Origin: a virus | DNA length: 64,000 nt | Virus record (IMG/VR): IMGVR_UViG_3300044213_000170 | Location: 1 to 64,000 of that record | Reading direction: 5' to 3' (one strand) | Shown: positions 46,825 through 56,956 of the stretch, piece after piece | How positions within the stretch are numbered: the stretch's first letter is position 1 | How the letters are laid out: each line of letters starts with the position of its first letter | The notes under the pieces: model-generated | What the model was told of the DNA's origin: nothing | Database searches by the model: none | The model's input: only the letters and a program-made list of their open reading frames with translations | Program-made: the position numbers and the translations under genes

Positions 46825-48939
46825 TTATAAAATTACCGCTTCGATTAGTTTTTCGCCGGTATCTTCGCTAGATTCGAGTGCGATTCCAAAAGACATAAAG
46901 CTCAATGCAGATCCCGCAATTGCGACCCCGGCGGTTTCTGAAGCAATTAAACTATCGCCTTTGTTGACTGGTCCTACTACTCTGACTGGTACACGACCTT
47001 TTAACGCCACAGCCTGACCGTCGGCTTTTTCATTCATTAAAAATGCCGGAGCTTCACTGATTACCCCGATTGGTCTGCTGCCAACTAAACTGGCCGTTAC
47101 TTCTGCGGAACCACCGACAGATACTACCGTGCCAGTAGTATAGTTAACATCAGTCAAGTATTTTTCTGCAATGTCGGCATATAGAGCATTAACTGCGGTT
47201 ACAGTTAACGTATTAGTACTTGGATTATAGTAGAATCCGCTGTTGGTGTATGCCGTTGAATTAGCTCCCTGGGTGTTCACAAACACTGGATAATAGTTCG
47301 CATTTGTTGTTTGGTTTGCCGCATTAATAGTAGTGCTTGGCCCTGTTGGTCCTTGTGGACCTTGTGGACCTGTTGACCCAGTTGGACCTTGTGGACCTTG
47401 TGGACCTTGTGGACCTGTACCCGATCCTGCAGGTCCTGCCGGGCCTGTTGGTCCTTGCGGGCCCTGTGGGCCACCTGCCGGACCTTGTGGACCTTGCGGG
47501 CCTGTTGCACCTTGTGCACCTGTTGGACCTTGAGGACCTTGCGGACCTGTACTACCAGTTGCACCTTGCGGACCTTGCGGGCCAATCGAGCCACCGCCCG
47601 AAGTAACTGCTGCATATCCGGATACTGCACTACTAAAAGTCAATACCGCTTGTGTGTTACTGACAAAGGAAACAGATGGATAATCATATCTACCCACATA
47701 TGATACACCAGTGTTATCAATTGGTTCAATATTAACATACTGAACGCCTAAATTATGGTTGATAGTCCAAGTTGTACTTGGGGTAGTTTGTGTGTGTATG
47801 TATCCGCCACCCGAATCGCCCTTAGGACCTTGTGGACCTTGTGGACCTGTCGACCCAGCTGGGCCTTGTGGCCCTTGTGGACCAGGTGAGCCCGAGCCCG
47901 ATCCTTCCGGGCCTGCCGGGCCTGTTGGTCCTTGCGGGCCCTGTGGGCCACCTGCCGGACCTTGTGGGCCTTGTGGGCCTGTTGCACCTATTGTCCCAGC
48001 TGTACCTGCTGGACCTTGTGGACCTTGCGGACCTGTCGACCCTGCTGGACCTTGTGGGCCAGCTGGTCCGCCACCCGAGGTAACAGCTGCCCACCCCGAA
48101 ACAGCACTATCAAATGTCAATACCGCTTGTGTATTACTAGCAAAGGAAACAGATGGATAATCATATCTACCCACATATGATACACCAGTGTTATCAATTG
48201 GTTCGATATTGACGTATTGTATACCTAAGTTGTGGTTAATAGTCCAAGTTGTACTAGCAGAACTTTGAGTATGGATGTATCCGCCAGTTGCCCCCGAATC
48301 GCCTTTAGGCCCTTGTGGACCTTGTGGACCTGTACCGCCCGGCGAACCCGGTAATCCTGCTGCACCGTTAGTACCAGCCGGGCCTTGTGGTCCTTGCGGA
48401 CCTGTTGCCCCAGTTGCCCCAGGTAATCCTTGTATTCCGATTGGTCCTTGTGGACCTGTTAAACCTACCGGACCTTGTGGTCCTTGTGGACCTTGTGGTC
48501 CTACTGTGCCGACTGCGCCGGCTAAACCTATCTGCCAATTATTATACGTTCCACTGCCAAGTACGCCAGATACGCTAACAATCAATTGACCATTTGCTGT
48601 AGTATAACTAGTAATATTACCAGTCATCAAATCTGAACCATCATAAGCAATAATTACTTCTTGCCCAATGGAGTATGCTAACCCTGCTTCAACAGTTAAA
48701 GTATGTGTTCCTGTGCCAATAGTTAAATTAGTGGAAGATATAGTTGTATATTTGTCGCCAAATACCCCGTCAGCTCCTTGGGGTCCTTGGGGTCCTTGGG
48801 GCCCTTGTGGGCCACTCGACCCGAGTGTTGAAGTTACATTTGCAAAATTTTTGTTTATTTTATTAAATGCATCTCGTAAATTATCTCCAGTCCCGTCGTT
48901 GGGACTGGTGCCGATATTAATATTTCCAAATGAACTCAT
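46825..48939 (-). CDS. Collagen-like tail fibre with a duplicated globular domain and a C-terminal autocleaving chaperone-like domain
   Basis: [23 protein letters not shown]-terminus; GPQ repeats; two WTINHNLG domains; ADIAEKY..GRVPV C-terminus. Confidence 0.85.
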   Translation of the reverse strand: MSSFGNINIGTSPNDGTGDNLRDAFNKINKNFANVTSTLGSSGPQGPQGPQGPQGADGVFGDKYTTISSTNLTIGTGTHTLTVEAGLAYSIGQEVIIAYDGSDLMTGNITSYTTANGQLIVSVSGVLGSGTYNNWQIGLAGAVGTVGPQGPQGPQGPVGLTGPQGPIGIQGLPGATGATGPQGPQGPAGTNGAAGLPGSPGGTGPQGPQGPKGDSGATGGYIHTQSSASTTWTINHNLGIQYVNIEPIDNTGVSYVGRYDYPSVSFASNTQAVLTFDSAVSGWAAVTSGGGPAGPQGPAGSTGPQGPQGPAGTAGTIGATGPQGPQGPAGGPQGPQGPTGPAGPEGSGSGSPGPQGPQGPAGSTGPQGPQGPKGDSGGGYIHTQTTPSTTWTINHNLGVQYVNIEPIDNTGVSYVGRYDYPSVSFVSNTQAVLTFSSAVSGYAAVTSGGGSIGPQGPQGATGSTGPQGPQGPTGAQGATGPQGPQGPAGGPQGPQGPTGPAGPAGSGTGPQGPQGPQGPTGSTGPQGPQGPTGPSTTINAANQTTNANYYPVFVNTQGANSTAYTNSGFYYNPSTNTLTVTAVNALYADIAEKYLTDVNYTTGTVVSVGGSAEVTASLVGSRPIGVISEAPAFLMNEKADGQAVALKGRVPVRVVGPVNKGDSLIASETAGVAIAGSALSFMSFGIALESSEDTGEKLIEAVIL

Positions 48940-49001
48940 GTTTTAACCCAAATAATAGTTGTATTTATTCAATTTAAATTATTCATGATATTGGGTATAC
49001 A

Positions 49002-49223
49002 TTAGTTTATTTCTTGCCGTTCGATACTTGACACCACTTTCTGATTATTGCCACTTGTACATACTTCAATCACAAACTCGTAATATTTACCATGCAACCC
49101 ATCTCGCGCCAACTGATAAGTAAATCCTGTCGGAGCTTGGGATGTTATAGAACTAGATTGATTACTTGCTATAATGTAGCTTGTTGTATTAACTCGTTGT
49201 GGGTAGCGTGGTTCTGCAGACAT
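49002..49223 (-). CDS. Hypothetical protein
   Basis: 73-aa ORF. Confidence 0.5.
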   Translation of the reverse strand: MSAEPRYPQRVNTTSYIIASNQSSSITSQAPTGFTYQLARDGLHGKYYEFVIEVCTSGNNQKVVSSIERQEIN

Positions 49224-49240
49224 TTTAATTTGCCTTCGTA

Positions 49241-49447
49241 TTATTTCCAGGGGCGTCCTTCTATTAGTCCGCCGGCATTCGGCTGCGAATCAGGTTCAAT
49301 ATTATTTCCTACATAAGGATTAGGCAATTCAGTTTTATCTAATAGATGACGACGGCCATCGGATATACGTTTAGCAGTTGCAAGTGCTAGTTTAGCATCT
49401 TGTTTTTGTTGTCGTGTGGTTAAATGTGCTATTCCATTTGCGGACAT
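49241..49447 (-). CDS. Hypothetical protein
   Basis: 68-aa ORF with GAGGAG RBS. Confidence 0.6.
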   Translation of the reverse strand: MSANGIAHLTTRQQKQDAKLALATAKRISDGRRHLLDKTELPNPYVGNNIEPDSQPNAGGLIEGRPWK

Positions 49448-49450
49448 AAT

Positions 49451-49750
49451 TTACTCCTCGGCAGAATATTTAGGATACATGCTAATACTATCACTACGCA
49501 TATCAGCAGGATTTTTACTGTGATGCATGTCTGTACCTGCAGGGAAAGCCGCGGTTATTGGAAATATCTGTTCGTTAGGTTTCGTGGTTGCACGTGCAAC
49601 ACCTGCCAATCTAGCCAACTGTTCCAATTCGCTGGTATTTTCGGGCTCTTGTTGTGCTACTATTTCAACAGTATTTACTTGCGGCATCTGTTCTGCTTGT
49701 TCGGCATCTACCAAATCTGCCAGTGTTCTTAAAAGTTCTGCTATTTTCAT
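49451..49750 (-). CDS. Hypothetical late protein
   Basis: 99-aa ORF; ATAAATA upstream. Confidence 0.6.
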   Translation of the reverse strand: MKIAELLRTLADLVDAEQAEQMPQVNTVEIVAQQEPENTSELEQLARLAGVARATTKPNEQIFPITAAFPAGTDMHHSKNPADMRSDSISMYPKYSAEE

Positions 49751-49788
49751 AAATTGTTGCCTATTAGATATTTATTGTATTCCGTATG

Positions 49789-50247
49789 TTATCGAGGGAT
49801 AGAACTAATTAATAATTGGCCACTGGCTCCATAGTTATCATCAACATAAGCCGCAACGTTAGCGGTACCGGTGTTGACCACCACTGCGTATGTATAACTT
49901 TCTCTATCTAACACCGCGACATCATTGCTACTTAATGTAACAGTACCTAATCCAGCTGCAGAGTTTACTATAGTTACATTAGCACGTAAAACTACATTAG
50001 CATCGGCATTAACATAAGCATCGACAATGTTAAATTGTAAGGCATACCCAGTAATATCAACGGCTTTTTGATCACCGTTTTGCACTTTAATTTTTAAAAT
50101 ATTATCTACACCTTTGTAGATTTGTATTGGTCGTGTATACACTACTCTATTCCTTTGCGTGATAGTGGGATCTGTAGTAACTTGTACTGTGACCCATTGA
50201 TCATATAAAAACGAATTTATTTGTTGCATTATAGAGTATTTATTCAA
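49789..50247 (-). CDS. Putative structural beta-sandwich protein (BppU-like)
   Basis: IYKGVDN..I...N.D.K.VDITG..G...V.L pattern; the true start may be MQQINSF. Confidence 0.5.
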   Translation of the reverse strand: MNKYSIMQQINSFLYDQWVTVQVTTDPTITQRNRVVYTRPIQIYKGVDNILKIKVQNGDQKAVDITGYALQFNIVDAYVNADANVVLRANVTIVNSAAGLGTVTLSSNDVAVLDRESYTYAVVVNTGTANVAAYVDDNYGASGQLLISSIPR

Positions 50248-50274
50248 AAACCATAATCAAATCACACAAAATTT

Positions 50275-50664
50275 TTGGATTATAAATACTCTGTGACTGA
50301 AATTCAAGAACTACTGGATAACTACCCCTTTTTAAGTTTCGTAACTTATGGTGGTAATGAATATATCGGGATTATACAAAACATCGATGATGTTATTACC
50401 AGCATCTACGATTTTAGTATGCTTAAAACCCCCGAGCAGAAACATCTCTATCTAGAATTAGGAGAGGCTTGGTGGTGGGAAAGTAATAGGATGGTTCCTA
50501 TTAATATTTTCTTGAAAACAGAATGGATATACTTTAAACCTTGCTTAAAAACATTCAACAGCAAAGATGTAGAAGTAAAATATGGCCCAGCATTGAGCCT
50601 TAAAGAAAATGCTCAAAAACGTTCAAAGCGACGTAGTATTACATTAGTTCGTCGGATCGTTTAA
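50275..50664 (+). CDS. Conserved hypothetical protein
   Basis: YPFLS..EY.GIIQN and WWWESNR..PINIFL; the real start is probably GTG at 50293 after TATAAATA. Confidence 0.65.
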   Translation: MDYKYSVTEIQELLDNYPFLSFVTYGGNEYIGIIQNIDDVITSIYDFSMLKTPEQKHLYLELGEAWWWESNRMVPINIFLKTEWIYFKPCLKTFNSKDVEVKYGPALSLKENAQKRSKRRSITLVRRIV

Positions 50665-51228
50665 ATTCATATTAACTACCACAAGTTGTGAATAGGCCAG
50701 ACTATGGCTCTTCTTGAAATAATAACTGTCATCAGCAGGTTTTTCCCAAATGGTTTCAGCAACTTCTTTCCACGGTTTCCCTATTAAATGCCGCTTTGCA
50801 GGCCTAATCACTGACAAAAACATGGCCAGCCTGGGAATACTGTCTATGTGCTCGGGCATTTTCATCATAGTGTCATAATGATTATTAATGTGAATTAACT
50901 GCTCACAGAATGCACGATCACGCAACTTGCTCCAGTCGGGCTCGCGAGTCATTAAATCTATTAGATGTTGCTCGCTGGTAATCCTATTATAGATATTCAC
51001 ATTAAGAAAGTCCAACTTTAAATATCCGCGAGATTCTGCAACTTGATAATCCAAGCTAGCTTGTCCAGTAAAAGGGTCTACTGGGATCTTTTGAAAATAG
51101 ACACCGGTATTGTGCTTAGTGATATTGCCATCCTTGATAATACTAGCCGGGGTATGCACTAATAAAGCAAGAATTTGATCTCTGTTAGCAAAATCTATGT
51201 CAATGTCTGAGTTAAATTTTTGATCCAT
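50644..51228 (-). CDS. Miniature DNA polymerase III alpha (DnaE)-like protein
   Basis: SDIDIDF, HNTGVY, KLDFL, IRP and FKKSHSLAY motifs in only 194 aa. Confidence 0.75.
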   Translation of the reverse strand: MDQKFNSDIDIDFANRDQILALLVHTPASIIKDGNITKHNTGVYFQKIPVDPFTGQASLDYQVAESRGYLKLDFLNVNIYNRITSEQHLIDLMTREPDWSKLRDRAFCEQLIHINNHYDTMMKMPEHIDSIPRLAMFLSVIRPAKRHLIGKPWKEVAETIWEKPADDSYYFKKSHSLAYSQLVVVNMNLNDPTN

Positions 51229-51449
51229 ATTTTAATAAAATCCAAGTTGCAATGTCATCGGTGCATTCAAATTCTACATATCTATTAGACATAGTTTGGT
51301 AAACATTGTCCCAAACAGAGGGATTGTATGTCCAACTAAAATCCTTATGGACAGTATATCCGATATTATCTAATCCTTCGAGTATTCTGTAGATCTCGCC
51401 GACGTCGTCTAATAGTATAGTAACTGTTGTCATCAAAAATATATAGATT

Positions 51450-52133
51450 TTACAATCCTGCTTCCTGTAAAATATTTTTAATATACTCAGTATCTGCAAC
51501 ATAATCTTTGAATTTTTGTTGCCAAAAATCAGGATCGATCCACGGTATGATTAATTCAATTTGTTCGTCATTGAGTTGACTTAATAAGGTAACTCCTGTG
51601 TCACAATTAAACACAATCCACGGGCTGATTCTACCATTGGATATGTGATGACATATTCTATTAACATTGCCGGCACGAAAATAGTTACTAAAATTGTTTT
51701 GTAATTGTTGACTATTTTCTGCATATTCCTGCATTTCCTTAAATGCTCGATCTAATGCGTCATCGACACTTTCTTTACGCATATATTGTTTAAGCCACTC
51801 AACGTAAAACTCATCCTTGGTCCATTGATCCAATTTTTTATTATTTTTAAGTAGCCAGTCAGCGAAACTGCTAAAATTTACACAACGAATTCCACGACAA
51901 TATCTGCCGAATTTTACAAATGCCGAATAGAAATTACTGGTGGCAAAATCCTCGTAAGTTTTTAACTTGGCACTGCCTTGAGTAATTTCGTAAAATCTTA
52001 AATACGCCTTAAATCCCAGCTGAACATCGGGATCAGACTGATTTCGTGCCCTGCGTTTAGGCTCACAAAGGTGTACAGCCAGTGTACTCTCCTTTGCATA
52101 AGTCTTTTTGCAGTATTGGCAAGTATAGTTCAA
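51450..52133 (-). CDS. Conserved protein with an N-terminal zinc finger
   Basis: CQYC..H.C. Confidence 0.6.
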   Translation of the reverse strand: MNYTCQYCKKTYAKESTLAVHLCEPKRRARNQSDPDVQLGFKAYLRFYEITQGSAKLKTYEDFATSNFYSAFVKFGRYCRGIRCVNFSSFADWLLKNNKKLDQWTKDEFYVEWLKQYMRKESVDDALDRAFKEMQEYAENSQQLQNNFSNYFRAGNVNRICHHISNGRISPWIVFNCDTGVTLLSQLNDEQIELIIPWIDPDFWQQKFKDYVADTEYIKNILQEAGL

Positions 52134-52594
52134 CCCAGTTCCTTTTTAATCTCAGCATCGGTCATACCAAGGTTTTTGGCCAATTCTTTTAACTCTTTAT
52201 CTGTGTTAATGCTAGCCAGCAATGCCGCTTCATCTTCTTTAATATGTGGAAATAATTTAATAATAAATTTAATTGCTTTGCTATTGCCGCTTTCTTTCTT
52301 TTTACTGGCTTGCCAATAATGTCTTTGTGTGCCCATGTCGGGGCTAACTGTAGTGCATAGCAACCATTGTAATTTAGGGTGGCGACCAAGGTCAAAGAAA
52401 TTTCTATTTACTTTTTCATTAGTCGAACGCAAATACCATTCTTGCAAATCTGCAGAACCTTGTACACTGGCGGCATATCTCAACATTAAATAAGGACTAA
52501 ACTTTTTGCGTTCTTCCTCATTGAGATCATCGTAAAAGTCTCTGTTTTTACGATCAAGTTGAGTCATTTCATTGTTAATTGATAGCTTATCCAT
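52130..52594 (-). CDS. Putative clamp-loader small subunit (T4 gp62-like)
   Basis: Size, replication context, and K.F.PY...R..N..N..LQW..W pattern. Confidence 0.45.
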   Translation of the reverse strand: MDKLSINNEMTQLDRKNRDFYDDLNEEERKKFSPYLMLRYAASVQGSADLQEWYLRSTNEKVNRNFFDLGRHPKLQWLLCTTVSPDMGTQRHYWQASKKKESGNSKAIKFIIKLFPHIKEDEAALLASINTDKELKELAKNLGMTDAEIKKELG

Positions 52595-52829
52595 TTTCTT
52601 TAATCAAGTGATATAGCATTATAACACGATCTACTTCTTCTTGTAAAGCCTTGTTGGTCTTTGCAGTCTGTCGAATTTTAATCCAAAGATTGTGTTCGTC
52701 TAGTTCAATTTGACTAGCAGTTCTGCCAACTTCAAATCGTTCGCTGTGTGGGGCACCGAACTCTCTGGCATAGGTAACCCCACTTGCACGTTCGTAAATA
52801 TAAGTTACACCCGGTTTAAGTTTTCCCAT
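52587..52829 (-). CDS. Hypothetical protein
   Basis: 80-aa ORF. Confidence 0.6.
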   Translation of the reverse strand: MGKLKPGVTYIYERASGVTYAREFGAPHSERFEVGRTASQIELDEHNLWIKIRQTAKTNKALQEEVDRVIMLYHLIKENG

Positions 52830-53628
52830 TTTCTGCCTCCTGTCCGGGTAATCGACTTATTTCTTTACCCGGAAAATCCCATTGTTCATAAGACTTGATT
52901 GTATCACTGTCCCACTGTTTAATAATTTCATAAAAAATATTTGCAAGATATTGCTGACTTTTTGGACTACCATGGTACCCAGGGTCTTTATTTTCTACCG
53001 GATATAACCAAGTGGCATGCTGGGGCAACATTTCGTTTTTGGTAATCAGATATTTGTCCGGAATAAATGAAGGAATGATGTTCCGTACTGTATCAGCCGA
53101 CCATAAGTTATCCGGCAATACAATAAATTTAATACCCGCCGCATAGGCCTGTACTATCCCATCACGCATGATCCAAGTGTCAATTTGCAATTTCCAGTTG
53201 CTGTCATAAAGATAACTGACATAAGATTTAACTGCCTGTTGAGTAGCACTATCTAATTTAGGACATCTGTCAGAATGTAGATAATTTTCTGCAAGACTGG
53301 CGATTGGTTCACAAATTAACGAATAAGGCTGTTTACCATAGTTTACATTTTTAATACCCAGCTCAGATTGATATCCTACGGAGTTTGATACTTTTGCAGG
53401 AATCTCCATACGATCATGGAACGTAGGGGCTATGATAGCAAAATCGGGCTTCTGGCGTATGACTTCATCAATTTGAAGCCTGATTCCGCCGTTACTACAC
53501 CCCGGTCGTGCAAGTTGTACTAATTCCCAATCGAGTTGTTGGGCTAATAACTCTCCGTAACTTGTATCGGGAAATTCTTTACTGGCAGCACTAAAACTAC
53601 ATCCACATATGACCAGTTTTTTCTTCAT
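52816..53628 (-). CDS. SGNH-like hydrolase/acyltransferase
   Basis: CGCSFS, LARPGCSN and PGYH motifs. Confidence 0.55.
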   Translation of the reverse strand: MKKKLVICGCSFSAASKEFPDTSYGELLAQQLDWELVQLARPGCSNGGIRLQIDEVIRQKPDFAIIAPTFHDRMEIPAKVSNSVGYQSELGIKNVNYGKQPYSLICEPIASLAENYLHSDRCPKLDSATQQAVKSYVSYLYDSNWKLQIDTWIMRDGIVQAYAAGIKFIVLPDNLWSADTVRNIIPSFIPDKYLITKNEMLPQHATWLYPVENKDPGYHGSPKSQQYLANIFYEIIKQWDSDTIKSYEQWDFPGKEISRLPGQEAENGKT

Positions 53629-53638
53629 ACATGAGATT

Positions 53639-54142
53639 TTACCAAACTTTGGTGTAATTTATCACTTCACATTGTCGGCTAATATCTTTAACAAAGTAAA
53701 CACATAATGGTTTTTCTTTGTCTGTTTCTAATGGAACTGCCAACATCTGACCTGGCTTCAATTTAGGAAAATACCATTTAATATCTTGATAAATGTCCAC
53801 TACTTCGATCTTAAAGAATTCAGGTCTAAAACTACCCATGGGATTAAATGCAAATGCGCTAAAACCACGATCGTTGATACTGGTTAACGGCACAACTTCC
53901 AGATCTCCCAAATCTGGTTCTCCTATTAGTATTTGCCAATCCATTGGCATCTTAATAATATTCCCGCCTATGTTTAGTACTAATGCAGGGCTATTAAATG
54001 ATTCTAAAAAGATAAGCGGTATGAAAAAATAATCGGGGTCTTTTGGATCACTGTTGTCCAGCACACAAAACCTTACGTCATCTACTTCTTCGGGTATCTC
54101 GTTAAGTTCATAGCTGGTGTTTTCTAAAGTTAAAAGTCGCAT
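53639..54142 (-). CDS. Conserved hypothetical protein
   Basis: 167-aa ORF; promoter TTGACA-N17-TATTAT-N6-ATG. Confidence 0.65.
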   Translation of the reverse strand: MRLLTLENTSYELNEIPEEVDDVRFCVLDNSDPKDPDYFFIPLIFLESFNSPALVLNIGGNIIKMPMDWQILIGEPDLGDLEVVPLTSINDRGFSAFAFNPMGSFRPEFFKIEVVDIYQDIKWYFPKLKPGQMLAVPLETDKEKPLCVYFVKDISRQCEVINYTKVW

Positions 54143-54173
54143 ATTTGTATAATATAAGATTTACATCTGTTTG

Positions 54174-55016
54174 TCAAGATTGCCAGTCTATTTTTTCCAG
54201 ACTGAATGGGTAGTTGGCTTCTTTGTAGAATGATTTTCGTTTAGTAAGATGTCGTTTGGCAAATTTACAGGTGCTTGTGATGTCCCAAATTTCAACGTGG
54301 TCCTTGTCTTGAGCTTTCCTAATACCTCGGCCAATAGATTGTATAACCCTAACAAAGCTCTTTCCGGGTTCCACAAGAACCAAATTAAAGATCCGAGGAA
54401 TATTAATCCCCACAGCGGCCACACCATAAGTCGCCACAATAACTTTCCCATCTGCGGTAGCCACCTCATCATATTCTTCCTTTCGATCCTTGGCCTTTGT
54501 TGCGCCACTAACAAATACAGCATCTTTGATTCTGCTGGTCAATTCCTTGCCCGGGCCCACTCTATCTACTAGAACTAATGTGTTACCTGACTCCGCTATC
54601 TTACTGATCATATTGCTCATATAATCAATTCGTTCTTGTGTTTCTAACAAATATCGTAGCTCTTGCTGATAGTCTTTGTATTCTACATAGTCTACCATCT
54701 GTACTATATTTACATGACAATTACTCAAGTGGCCTGCTTCTTGAAGTTCGTTGGCGCTGAGTTTTCCTACCACTGGCCCGATGCAACAAAATAATGCTTG
54801 AGCTGCATATTCTTCTTTTGGTATGGTCCCCGTTAGCCCCCAACGGATCGGTGTATTGGCAAATACGCTGGTTAACAAAGTTTTTAATGCATCTGCTTTA
54901 GCACTATGGCAATTAGATACAACTGCGCCATTAACAATATAGTTGTGATCATTTTGAATATGTAGGTTATACACCAATTCAGGTTTTGTGATTTCTGTTT
55001 TCTTTATTAATTTCAT
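54174..55016 (-). CDS. uvsW: UvsW-like SF2 helicase C-half preceded by the split-intein C-part
   Basis: 35-aa IntC (VYNLHI..HNY..NG..VSN) followed by CH, GLTGT and QSIGRGIR. Confidence 0.9.
   Translation of the reverse strand: MKLIKKTEITKPELVYNLHIQNDHNYIVNGAVVSNCHSAKADALKTLLTSVFANTPIRWGLTGTIPKEEYAAQALFCCIGPVVGKLSANELQEAGHLSNCHVNIVQMVDYVEYKDYQQELRYLLETQERIDYMSNMISKIAESGNTLVLVDRVGPGKELTSRIKDAVFVSGATKAKDRKEEYDEVATADGKVIVATYGVAAVGINIPRIFNLVLVEPGKSFVRVIQSIGRGIRKAQDKDHVEIWDITSTCKFAKRHLTKRKSFYKEANYPFSLEKIDWQS
54912..55016 (-). mobile_element. Split intein C-fragment (IntC)
   Basis: Blocks F/G ending Ser-Asn; +1 residue is Cys. Confidence 0.9.
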
Positions 55017-55912
55017 AATGTTATTAATTTCTTAATTTTTTCCTGTGTGTTAACATCAAACACAGTATAATCAATATTGCCAATTTTCTTAGCAGTTAAA
55101 CAAATCCATTCTTTGTTTACTAGGATTACATTATAACAGCTATTTTCGGCCCATTGCAACAATGCAGTATATTTTGCCATAAATTTTTGTTCGGAACATA
55201 ATTCTATCGGTTTTACTTCGATGCAAGTTTTGGTTATGTGATTTACAAAATCAACTATATAAACACGTTCTTTACTGTTATACTGATATGGTATTCTCAG
55301 AGTTTCATATAATGCATCTTTATCAAAATACTGATACAATGCCTCCCAGCTTGATCGGTAACGCTTACCATTATACTGTGCATCCCAATGAGTATTTCTA
55401 TTATTAGAGTTCGGAGTAAACTTACCTGATAAAATTAGTGATTTCATTAATTTAGAATGTGCCTCTTTTTGATCAGCTGACATTCGTTTGCCGTACATAC
55501 CGTTGTTTTTACCTTTGTTCTTTTCACTAATTTTTAATTTAGATTCTTCTGTATGCGGTGTACCCAGAAATCCTGTTTTCCCTTTGTTCCAAGGAATACC
55601 TGTATTTAAATTGTTTATTATTTTATTTTTATGAATATGCCAACAAGAATTACCACCCAATTTGGCTAATTCTGTCTTGATTTCTTTTTCTGTTTGTGCA
55701 CCGTCAAGTAAGTTATCAACGTTTTTAACCCATATATCCGTTTTTTTGTTTAGCAGGCGCCTTTTAAACTTCTGCAAATCTTTACCACTTATTAATATAC
55801 CGTTTGATAACTCAACTGTTTTATTTTTATAATCCACAATTCTGGTAATTTGACCATAATGTGTTAACAAGTTATTAATATCTACAATCCAACTATTATT
55901 TGTTTTTTTCAT
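55013..55912 (-). mobile_element. Free-standing homing endonuclease (NUMOD3 plus TnsA-like PD-(D/E)XK)
   Basis: PWNKG..HTEESKLKISE..KG..NGMYGK; YRSSWE..YE..IPY..YIVDF..IEVKP. Confidence 0.82.
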
Positions 55913-55939
55913 TAATGCATCTGCTTTAGCTGAATGTAC

Positions 55940-56956
55940 TTATGTTTTATTTATTATTTCGTGATTTTCGGTCAACTCATCGGCCCTGCACCAACCCAAG
56001 TTAGTCAAAAATTTATGGTTACCAGTTACTTCTATTATAGTCCCATTATCAAATTCTAACTTATACATTTTTTCTGACTCAGAATTTGTTAAATTTATGT
56101 GCTGTTTTACCACCGTGTCTGTTTTAAATTCTTTTGCGGTCTCAGAATAATTAATGATTACATCACCAACAGCAACATCTTTTATGGGCTTATATCCGTC
56201 CACTGTTAATACTAACGAATCGCCGGAAAAGCATTCATCGACCATAACACAAACCACATTTTCTACGAATTCACCGATAGTCATATCGGCTTCGTAATTT
56301 TTTGTATTTTTAAGTAAAGCATTGAGGCTTTGCCAAGTGCATATTGTATGTGTACGGTTATACTCTTTCCTGTCGCCGAATAATACCCCAACATCCAGCC
56401 CCATATTAATATAATCGGCTTCGGTCTGTGTCACAAGACTTTTGCTGGGCACAATAACTATGCTACGACCATATTTTTGCACACTTGCAGACAATGCCGC
56501 TGTCATAATAGTTTTACCCGCACCTGTAGCCACTTCCTGTATGCATTGAGGATTTTCTAAAAATTTATTTACAATTTCAACTTGATAATCTCTCATTAAT
56601 ATCGGTTGACCTTCTGCCGGATGTCCTTTTGGCCATTTGATATCTTGGAATGTTGTTTCTGTAACAGGGTCAAATTCAAATGTAGTGCTGTATTGCCGTA
56701 AATCATTTACTTCTATATCGTAACCCCGTTCGTCCAAAAACGGCAAAATTTCGGGCAACAAGTTAATATATGTAGTGCCTCCTAGATTAAAATAAGGAAC
56801 TTTGCCGTCCCAACGACCAAGACGTACTGCTGGCAAGTACCTTGCTCCAGGAATCTCATATTTAAACTTATCAACTAATCGTTTCCGATCAGTTAATTCT
56901 ACGTTATGAAGTTTACAATTAACTTCATCTTTAATTTCAATTATACAGGTTGTCAT
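55940..56956 (-). CDS. uvsW: UvsW-like SF2 helicase N-half fused to the split-intein N-part
   Basis: WDGK, RDYQ, TGAGKT and VMVDE, followed by the intein start CFSGDSLV. Confidence 0.9.
   Translation of the reverse strand: MTTCIIEIKDEVNCKLHNVELTDRKRLVDKFKYEIPGARYLPAVRLGRWDGKVPYFNLGGTTYINLLPEILPFLDERGYDIEVNDLRQYSTTFEFDPVTETTFQDIKWPKGHPAEGQPILMRDYQVEIVNKFLENPQCIQEVATGAGKTIMTAALSASVQKYGRSIVIVPSKSLVTQTEADYINMGLDVGVLFGDRKEYNRTHTICTWQSLNALLKNTKNYEADMTIGEFVENVVCVMVDECFSGDSLVLTVDGYKPIKDVAVGDVIINYSETAKEFKTDTVVKQHINLTNSESEKMYKLEFDNGTIIEVTGNHKFLTNLGWCRADELTENHEIINKT
55943..56233 (-). mobile_element. Split intein N-fragment (IntN, 97 aa)
   Basis: Block A CFSGDSLV, block B VTGNHKF, and GW.RADEL. Confidence 0.9.

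Noticed and set aside
53639-54142. Possible stand-alone Hint-like domain next to the split intein
   Set aside because: It is beta-rich and of similar size but has no N-terminal Cys/Ser, TxxH or terminal Asn; this cannot be supported without a structure search.
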